Shown piece by piece: positions 42,766 through 52,344 of a DNA stretch of 64,000 nucleotides (position 1 is its first letter; each line of letters starts with the position of its first letter). Source of the stretch: Tubiluchus corallicola. Taxonomy: Eukaryota; Animalia; Priapulida. The translations under genes and the position numbers were made by a program. The DNA lies in the NCBI GenBank assembly GCA_030141605.1, contig JAQGDQ010002384.1, positions 248,001 to 312,000 of the forward strand, in the 5' to 3' direction. The notes under the pieces were generated by a model, which was not told where the DNA came from, did no database searches, and saw only the letters and a list, made by a program, of their open reading frames with translations.

Positions 42766-43119
42766 GTGGGTATTTGTGTTTGCTGTGGCATTTACTTTTG
42801 CACATCTTACATTCTTTCATCTTGAAGCTATAAAAATAGTGCCAATGCTTTTCTATACTATTGTCAAAAAAGACTTTTAGCATTGCTTATTTTAAAAGAC
42901 AAGTTTGGGCAAACTTTGCTGCCGTATTTGTGCTGACAATGAATTACTTATATTATATGCTTATTAAAGACTAATTAAACATTGCAAAAAATTTGGACAA
43001 ACCCTTGGCATAGTATACAATTATTGTCTGGTGCAGGAAATTATATGAATTAGATATTGTATTAATAATAATTTTTATAAAATTAAAATTTTAAGCCTGT
43101 TATATGAAGCCAAAGTGGA

Positions 43120-43555
43120 ATACACTCGTATCTCGGTTTGCCGGAAGAACATCAATCAGAATTTGTCGATTGTCAGTATTTACCGATGCTAAAGTAACAT
43201 AGTAGATGCCGTGTATTAGACTCACGGTAAGGTAGAATCAATCGCCTAATTGTCTCAAAAACGTCTAGTACGAGCTGTTTCTATCCAAAGGTATATAATG
43301 AATATTGGCAATTGACCTAAATAACTCTGCATAATTGATTCTATATTTACATACATATATATAGAGAGAGATATACACGTGGTTACACTAATGTAATGAT
43401 GTAAACAAAGTGATGTCCCACTAACTAGCAGTCAGCTCACGAAGCAACAGACTCTGTCCGTAGTATGCAGGACTTTTTCGCGGTCAAGATTTTGTCAGAC
43501 TTTTCCGATATCTATAAAAGCGAGGTCAGACAAACCGAGATATGAGTACATATTG
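43120..43555. mobile_element. MITE with ACTCGTATCTCGGTTTG / CAAACCGAGATATGAGT inverted ends
   Basis: 17-bp inverted repeat with one mismatch; exact ends uncertain. Confidence 0.6.
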
Positions 43556-43704
43556 CAGTTTTACAAGTTTACCATTCACTCTTGGCCGATTAATTTTCTT
43601 TAAAAAAAGTGCAAAGCGAGAGTCAATAACATATTATGCTAGAGACTTTGTGAACATGTGATAGTAATTTTAATTTTTTTCTTTCATTTTTACCATGGAT
43701 TCAG

Positions 43705-43707
43705 ACG
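43705..43707 (+). CDS. PPP3CA: Candidate 3-nt microexon (ACG; adds one Asp) between exons 10 and 11
   Basis: About 40-nt AG-free U-rich tract ending ttcag, then ACG, then GTAAGA; keeps frame in a phase-1 intron. Confidence 0.45.
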
Positions 43708-46226
43708 GTAAGAAAATTACTTCACTTTTCACCTCTGTATGTATCAAGTTTGGCAGTGTATGGTGTGTGTTAAAAACTGTGCTGTTTTCCCCGTTCTGTA
43801 CTTTGCATGTGTTGTGAGTGAACCTAATTCGGGACATTAATTTTTATGAGCATAAAAGTGACGTTATAGTTTTAGCAAATAACATCCAAAGTCAAGTGTC
43901 TCCGTAAGAAAAATGGCACCATTTTAATACAGTGCACTGTTCTCATATGTGTAAAATAAGAACTAATTACTCATTTGTATGATTGATATAGGTGCAACTG
44001 TTTTTTAACTAACAGGTGTTTTAATGCGACACTTCAGCAACACTCCAAATTGCTTCATTTCCAGTTTGATAGTAACACCGTTTTTCTGTTTTTTTCTTGG
44101 AAACTATTCGGATAGCACTCAGTAAAATAATATTTTAGATTGATGTAGCATTTAAATATGTTGTTTCTTGAAAAAGCTGCAGATAATTTAAATATAGTTC
44201 GTTTTAATCTTGGATCGATCATAATCACGCAATTATGTGTGAATAAGAGAACATAAAAATACTCTTGTGATCAAGGTCTTGAGGTTTTAGTTGCCTAAAC
44301 TTAAGTTTTGCTTCGCATGTTTTCTGGCTTATTTTCTTTTGAATTAGCGACATGTTTCTTCTGTTTTTCAAACGGCAGATGATGGTGAGACTTATTTGTT
44401 GTAAATTTGCACAGTGATGCACCCTTGTTTTCGATGGCATCTCAAACTGTGGGCAGCACGTCCACAAAGTTGTCGTCTTCCTCCTCTAAAGTGCACAACC
44501 TTTGTGAAAATCTGTGTTGTAAACAATACTGCACAAACCTTCTGTCATAAAATGAATCATCAATGGTGCAGGGTATTTTCGAAATTTAGCAATAGGAAAA
44601 TCGGTATCAAGTAACATTTTAACTTTAGAAAATACGGTTTGTTCTCATCATTTTAAGAGGAAAAACTATTTCCGATACCTGGTGGCTAGCTTTTGTAGCC
44701 TGGTGACACTTGAACACAATCAATCAACATTACTTAACTTGTTGAACAAGCTTATATTAGATTTGCTTACTCAGTGGGTTTTACTTGTTTCTTATTATGA
44801 TACTTGTAGTCATTGATTTCCCAGCTTTGTGACCCTTTATTTAACAGAAATTGAGAAAATTAGTAGGCCGGATTTGTTGTATTAGTCGGCTTCGATGTTT
44901 TGCACAACTTTCTTTCTACACCCTTTGCACTTATGACATACATTTCAGCTTTACATTTAGCTACATAGTGAAAGAGCTGCTGCTTTTTACAGTAGCGCCA
45001 GCAGATTATTAGGTAATGCCTTTGTTCTAGTGATCTATTAGCAAGTCGTCTGTTGTAGCAGTCGGTGTTTGTGGGTTTTCTAGGAAATATGAACAACAGA
45101 TTTTATGATTTCATTCATATTATTTAGTCTTTACGCAAAAATGATTCTCATGATGTTATTGAAATGAAGGGTATGATAAACACAATCTTAGACCTGACTC
45201 CGCTTGTGGCATTAGGAAGTCTGCTTCTGATTTGAGCGACACAAGTGGCCTTCCCTAAACACATAACCATTTTGTGAAGGTGTTGGTAACTTTTACCTGG
45301 CAGGTGTTTCATGTGGAGGTGTTATGCTGTGCTGTTTTGACAGCTGCTGTTACGTTTTAACATAAAAAGTGGTTATTTATTTAAAGCATTTGTTACAATT
45401 ATGTGTTTTTTAATCACTTATTTGATAATGTGTACTGTTTAGTTGCTTGTTTGTATTATAGATTTTTTAATTTTTGAATTCATAATTTTCTTGTTGCGTA
45501 ATATAGTATACATCCAATCTTAGAGTTGCATTTATAAATTGAAATGTAGCTATTTTATACGACTTGTTTATTCGATTTTTTACATTTACTAGAAAAGACT
45601 GTTGATATTGCAATTATAGTAATAACTATTCTGTAGTTTTTTTTTGCAAATATGAATGTATGTGTATAGCCATCGTTTTCAGTTTTTACGTTTATAAAAA
45701 TTCTCCTTTGAGTTTTTTGGCATTCATTTTTTACCACAAATAATCTGGGAATTTAGTTTAGCGGCAGAGTGACTAATCGCATTTTCCATGTGAAAAATAC
45801 TGGAGTATATTGAATCTATTGTTCACATAACTGTTAACTAAATAGCATTGTAAAGCTTTTTCACTGTTGGATAAGTAAAACCTGCATCAGCTCAAATATA
45901 CAAAAACTGTCTAGTCACAAGGTACCTATATTTTCAACCTGCCAAGGAATTGTATTGACATTTTGACTTCTTAGATTGAGCTTTTTCATCTTTATTTTTA
46001 TACATTTAGCCAAAAACTCAATGTTAATTAGTAGCTTCCTAATTAGATCTGGTAAAAACTTAAAATGATGGTGTACGTATGCGCTGTCAGTTATGCCTTT
46101 GTTCATAGCATGCTGTGGAGAAAATTTTGACAATGATTACTGGTACATGTATGTATTTTTCACATTCTGGGTTGAAACGGACTAGGTAGGAAACCAAGCC
46201 ATTTATTGTTGAGTTCTTTTTTGCAG

Positions 46227-46326
46227 TCGGAACAAATAAACCAGGCATTACCGCTGAACGAAAACAAATTATACGGTCAAAAATACGTGCAATAGGCCGC
46301 ATTGCACGCATGTATCATGTCCTACG
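46227..46326 (+). CDS. PPP3CA: Calcineurin A alternative exon 11a: divergent calmodulin-binding domain (VGTNKPGITAERKQIIRSKIRAIGRIARMYHVLR), 100 nt
   Basis: ttcttttttgcag acceptor, CG|GTAAGT donor, open frame, phase 1 to 2 as in exon 11b; 15/24 identical to the canonical CaM-binding peptide. Confidence 0.88.
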
Positions 46327-46979
46327 GTAAGTGGAGAAGCGAACCACCCTGGAAACCTCCGCATTGCATGGAGTGCCTAGTCGTCGATGCAAGTGCTAAT
46401 GCATTAGAGATGCCTGCGGCTAATACTAACATTATATTGTTTCTAAATAGAGTGTATTTGCTTCCGAAGTGAAGAGAATTCTTAAACCTAACCGGGCACT
46501 AAACTTATTTTTTAATAAGTGCCTTACTGATTTGATATTGAAGCAACGATTCAGTAAATGCCCTTACTAGTTACACTCGGTGTTCATTTCACGGTCCCCT
46601 TATTACTTTGCTTTACAGGGAAAAATGTCGATGAGTTAATAAAAGAATTAAAACTTATTCAGCCTGTGTGTGTTCGCTCAGACCTAAGACTTGCGGCATC
46701 AGATGAAGACCTAGGTATAAGAACTGCGAATGATGCGCTTTATTATTAACAAAGTGGAGCTGAATATGAATTGTGCTGTTGCATATAATTAAATATGACT
46801 GACTAACATTTTTTTTTAAATTCTGGTTTTGTATTCAGTTAAAGAATAGGAACTTGAGCAAAAAGTACGAATTGATCTTTTTTACCTTTGTTGTTATTTA
46901 AAGCCCGTTGGCTTTTTTGTTGTATGAGTAGGTGTGCGTGTGCACGTGCGCGCGTGTGTGTGAATTTTATATTGTTATT

Positions 46980-47395
46980 CTAGAGTTGCCAGATTTGGCA
47001 GTTTAAGTCCTTAAACTAGTGTTGAAATTTATCAACGACCATCAACAGTTTGGAATATTATTAAAAAAATGAGAATATGCACTTATGGCAATGTTACTTT
47101 TCGTAACACTGTTCGTATTTCCTGACTTGTGTGATGTTTTGATTTGGGTGCCCTGCTGTTTTTTTTTTTGTCAGTATATGCTTATGTTCAAGTCGACCTT
47201 ATGTACAAGTCGATGTGCATTTGAAGACCAAAAATTGTATCATTTTGTATATTACCTGTGTACAAGTCCACCCAAAAATATTAAGATCTTCCAGAGTAAA
47301 TGATGTCAACAATGGCCGAGTAATAAATCAATAGCCTACTGTGTTAGTGTGTAAGATACGTGCAAGTGCCTGGGCCGAGTATATTATACCTACCC

Positions 47396-47434
<39 letters not shown>

Positions 47435-48804
47435 TCATGTTGAGGGCCATCAATGCAATCCATGATAATGCAGCCTGGCCTTTCATCACGCATAATTGTT
47501 TGTAATGCCTTTAACGCTAGTATATCGAGCCCAGGATCCGTCGTAACATTTCAGTCGCTGATTTCTCAATTAAAACTAAAAACACATACCTGAAACGGCA
47601 CAGTTTTATTCAGTAACATCTTTTGAATAGAAATACATCTCAGTTTTCAAATATCAATTCCGTTTATGCATATTTACGCTAGATTTTCAACAGTCAGTAT
47701 CAATCTGAAGATTGTTTTTGCTCCTATATTTACATGTACTGATCGAGTGCTCCGTCGCTAGTTCATTTGCCGGTAATATATAAATTTTAACTTAATTTCA
47801 CATACATTAAAGTAAATTGCAGTAATATTTCTTAATTTTGTGAAGTAAGATGCAAACATTCTCTGATGTGAAGTATCACAGTATGAGTGTTCATTCAGTC
47901 CAGTGTATAATGAAGGATTATTTCTTTACATATTCGTATTGTAGACGACTCTTTAGCGACATATCCCAAAAACTTATCTTAAGTATAAGTCGACCCGAAA
48001 AATTTCACCTTAAAATCGCCTCCCAAAAATTCGACTTGTACATAAGTATATACGGTACTATGTAGACGGTTAACTTCACTAATGCCGCCCATACTACTAA
48101 TTGACATTAATTAGAGACCTTCTTAAGTGCAATATGCTGGAGTCAAAGTTTAGAAATGATAAATCTCGATTTTTATATCTTACAGTAACATCTTAGCGTC
48201 TGTTTCTTTCACCTGTTTTGTCATGCTGTATCAGTGGAGGCTTGTAGCTAAAATAAGTGGGGTGCTGCTTCAGGAAATTTTTAGCCATTGTTTTAATGCT
48301 ATGCAAAATGAAACAAAACATATGTAATTTTAATGTTGTAATTTGTAATTGTAATTTTAAACAAACAAGCATACAAAAACATACGTAAACTTGATAAAAT
48401 CCTAAAAGAAAAAAATTTTGCTTACGAATAGCCTAAATTGCTGCAGTTCAAGAATATGCCAGTACATGGTTTTTAAGAACGTGACAACTGACAACTGTGT
48501 GAGTGACAGTACTTTCTCTACCTAGCAGCAGATGCTAGCAGTGCAGCACAATCATGTGCTCTGGTTCCGTACAAGTATAAAGAAAGAACTAAAGAAAAAA
48601 GACTTATTGTATTGAATATTATCGATAATATTGAGTGAAAATAGGGGGTGCTGCAGTTCCGATACTTATACACAAGCCGCCACTATGCTGTGAACTGGTT
48701 TAAGTGATTCGACAGCACGCGCCCCTTTATATGCCATATATCTCTCATAATTTATGTACTCACAATGTTAAAAAAATTCCTGGCTTATAATCTGGCAACT
48801 CTAG
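46980..48804. mobile_element. Composite non-autonomous DNA transposon (16-bp TIR CTAGAGTTGCCAGATT) holding two nested MITEs (~47172-48057 and ~48232-48685)
   Basis: Perfect TIR at 46980-95 and 48789-804; inner inverted pairs GTATATGCTTATGTTCAAGTCGA/TCGACTTGTACATAAGTATATAC and CAGTGGAGGCTTGT/ACAAGCCGCCACT; right part repeated at 63266-63918. Confidence 0.75.
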
Positions 48805-48971
48805 CGAAAATTTAACAACTGTTTGTTACTGGTTTTTTTTTATTAATTATTTTTCTTTTTACAGTTATACTTTTTTTGGAGAACTTAATCAGTTATAGTT
48901 TGATATGCCTTTGCTTGTATATTAATAAATATTTGTCATATTTATAGACTAGAAAACTTCGGCTTCAGTAG

Positions 48972-49145
<174 letters not shown>

Positions 49146-49653
49146 TGAGCCTTACTAATTCTTGTTTGCATGTTGCTATAAGTCTCACAGTAGTTTAGTT
49201 TTAGTGCACTGCAAGTGAAATCAAACTTTGCAAATGAGTCGAACTTTGTTACGCGTAAGCATATTTCACTGCAATAATTGTGCCTCCTTACTGTCTCAGT
49301 TAAACAAAGCAGCAATGAAACATCACATCTGACAGATAATGCAATTATTCTTTTGAAATTTTGATGCCTAAATGCAGAAGATATAAAATTTGCTGCTTAT
49401 ATTGTTGAGTAATATGTTGAAAACAACAGCAACATCAGATATTTACTACTAAGATTCTAGAGACATTTTTAGTAATCTCATTGGCACATTTGCTTTAATC
49501 GAAAGACCTCATTGATTCTTCTTTATTAGTGTCTATAAAGTTTGCAGTCTAGTATGAAAGAGGGTTTGAACAAGTACCTGTTGTTATTACTGCATTTTTA
49601 TTGCTGCGGTTTTACGTTGTACTAAAGCGGTGAATATTTGAAATTCTTTTCAG

Positions 49654-49751
49654 AGAAGAAAGCGAAAGTGTACTGCAGTTAAAGGGTCTCACACCTACAG
49701 GATTGCTACCACTGGGTGCTTTGTCAGGGGGAAAGCAGAGCTTGCAGGGAG
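49654..49751 (+). CDS. PPP3CA: Calcineurin A exon 12 ([32 protein letters not shown]), 98 nt
   Basis: Conserved [16 protein letters not shown]; ttttcag acceptor, G|GTGAGT donor. Confidence 0.96.
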
Positions 49752-50370
49752 GTGAGTACTACATGATGGCGGAGATATTATTGCCATCCAGCACAAATGT
49801 TAAGTGCACAGTTCATAAGTTATTTTCATTGTCACATTTTCTCTATTTGATTTAGTGGTAATTTGGTTTTCTGCTAGTTAGCCTACTTGGCTGACTTGAA
49901 GATAGTGAGGAATCATAGGATGCTGAATAATGTATTCTGAGTCTTCATTTTTAACAAAATCATGCGCCTGTAAACTAAACAATTCTGTAAATGCCTTTTT
50001 TTACGTAACTAGTACTGTATATTTCGTTTTTTATTTGATTTCACTATGAAAAAATACAATATTTGCTGTAAATTCTAAAACTTTAGGAGAAATATGTTAC
50101 TAACGCCAACGTGAATGATACAGAATGCTGTTTCGGTAATATGAGAACAGAAGTATGTACCCGACGTTTATCAAAATATTTTAGTAACTATGCATTCAAG
50201 TTATACAACTTTTTTCTTTTAACGAGTGTTCTTCTGTTCTGCGAATATGCGGTAGCAAATTCGATTCCATCAAAGGAAAACATAGTTTTCTTGCAAAGTA
50301 CTTTTTTCTGCGACTTCCTTTAGTGTTCTTGTAATGCAACTTTCACTCTTTTTTCTTCCTGCTTCACTAG

Positions 50371-50379
50371 AGTTGGAAG
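50371..50379 (+). CDS. PPP3CA: Candidate 9-nt microexon (AGTTGGAAG; adds E-L-E) between exon 12 and the last exon
   Basis: Long polypyrimidine tract tttcactcttttttcttcctgcttcactag, consensus donor AAG|GTAAGT, phase 1-1, no stop. Confidence 0.7.
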
Positions 50380-51769
50380 GTAAGTTTCAATTATGCAAAG
50401 CGATTGACTTTGTTTTTGTTATGTCAGTTTTGTTTCTCTGTTATGTACCTTTCTTTTTGTTAAAATTATTGCCAATGATCAGCAGTTTACTCATTACTCA
50501 TCAAATACCTAAAATTGCAAAAAGTTTCCTGTGGTACTTTAGTATGCAGTTGTTTTCACACCATATCACACAGCTATTTCAGTCTATAACTTTCATTCAT
50601 TCACATCAACAACAACTAGCAGGCAACATGTTCATCATGTAGTATCGTCAACAGATATTTAAAAGCCATTTTGGACTGTTGTTTTTTTTTTTGCTGTTCG
50701 AATAATCAATTTCTTCAGTTTAACAAAGAAAATTTTAGCATAAAGAACTGAGTACTTAGCTTTGTATGGCAGGGTATTAAATAATTTTTTAACAAACTTG
50801 CGTTACAAATTTTAACAGTTTATAATGTACTCTTTCATTTTTAAAAACTAGTAGACATTTTAGAGGTGCCCTAAAACGGAATCGTCTGAATGCAACAACG
50901 AAATCCTCATCAAAACTACTTCAGTCTTGCCATCGGCTGGGTTTTAATCAGCAATTATTTTGCTGCTTTATCCTGCATGCATCTGCATATTCCCAGCAGA
51001 TAGTAAACTTAGTGTTTGCTGATTTAATATTTATGGCACCCTATGAAATGATTACTGCTGGTTGAAGCACCAAGAGACAACTGTTTTCTGGCCCACAAAA
51101 ATCAATAACAATTTTCAGTGCTAGTTTAAGTGTACAATGCTCAGCACGTGAAAAACCATAACAGCTGTATGTGACATCGACATTATTTGTTGAATTTTAA
51201 ACTCGCTGTTCCGTAAGGATCGTTACATTTTATAATGGACCAATGACGAGCAATTAGCCATATGTTTTGTGTTTTCTAATAGATACCTTCATGCATTTTC
51301 GGTTATCGCAAATTATTCTAATATAACATTTTAAAAAGTATTATTCTTTTGCCTTTGTTACTCAATAGCCTTTGTCACTCAATAAATTGGTCAAATATCA
51401 ATAATACTGGCTTGACAGTGGCAGTTCAGAAGCGATTTTAACACTTTTACTAGTTCAGCACCTCACAATAGAAGGATTTGGATGAAATAGTAGAGTGAGC
51501 TAGCCTGAGGTTAGCTTACTCAGAGAAGCCAAGCTAGTGCTTGTATTACAAATCTTGCATTTGGCATAAAACAATGTTAGGCTTGATCAACTTACTTGAC
51601 TGCAATTGAGTAGTAGCCTGGCTTACACAATCCAGAAATCAGCTTGCATTACAGCTGCAGTTTGTTTTTGCTTGTGCACTGTGATTAGTATAAATGCACC
51701 TGTGTCTCTCCTTAACTTTGTTCATTCGACTTAGTGCTTTCATTGATCGGTGATCAGGTGGTCAGCACT

Positions 51770-51893
51770 ACATTAGTACATAAATTTGCAAATGATTTGA
51801 ATGTAGAACTTGTATACAGAAAGGTGTACACCACATTAGTACATAAATTTGCAAATGATTTGAATGTAGAACTTGTATACAGAAAGGTGTACA
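51770..51893. repeat. Direct tandem duplication with a 63-bp period just upstream of the last calcineurin exon
   Basis: acattagtacataaatttgcaaatgatttgaatgtagaacttgtatacagaaaggtgtaca occurs twice. Confidence 0.9.
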
Positions 51894-51924
51894 TTACAAT
51901 GTGCACTTTAACTCTTTGTTGCAG

Positions 51925-52082
51925 CTATCTCTGGCTTTTCACCTAATCATAAAATCAGCGGGTTCCAAGAAGCTAAAGGTTTAGACAAAATTAATGAACG
52001 AATGCCTCCACGGAAGGACATTGGACACAACTCGGCTACAAGCAGTGGGCTAAATAACTCCATATCAGGTTCACATAGTTAA
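51925..52082 (+). CDS. PPP3CA: Calcineurin A last coding exon with autoinhibitory domain ([32 protein letters not shown]...SHS*)
   Basis: F-x-EAKGLD-x-INERMPP autoinhibitory motif; ttgcag acceptor; TAA at 52080-82. Confidence 0.95.
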
Positions 52083-52237
52083 TATCAGGTACATTGTTTT
52101 TTGTTTTGTTTTTGTCGTAATTTTTTTCTCCAGGGTGGCAAAGAAGTTACTTAAGTTGAATTGAGTTCTTTGAATTTAAGAAATGAGTGTTTAGTCCAAT
52201 ACGTACAATGACACATAAATCTTATAAAGTACTATAC

Positions 52238-52302
52238 TTTCTCCTCTTTCCCTCCCTCCCTCTCTCCCTTTTCTCCCTCTCTCTTCCTCTCTCCCTCTCT
52301 TC

Positions 52303-52333
<31 letters not shown>

Positions 52334-52344
52334 ACTCACTCTCT
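52238..52344. repeat. CT-rich microsatellite in the calcineurin 3' UTR
   Basis: Visible directly, about 160 nt after the stop codon. Confidence 0.9.

Noticed and set aside
46087-46311. Minus-strand ORFs 46087-46311 and 48965-49315 resembling each other (PIARI)
   Set aside because: Antisense shadows of exons 11a and 11b, not separate genes.
46327-46330. In-frame stops right after exons 11a and 11b on intron retention
   Set aside because: Automatic result of GTAA/GTGA at phase-2 donors; not evidence of an isoform.
51734-51946. 70-aa ORF with a duplicated 21-aa unit as an alternative last exon
   Set aside because: Arises from a 63-bp intronic tandem duplication, is out of frame with the autoinhibitory exon and has no recognisable homology; not excluded but unsupported.
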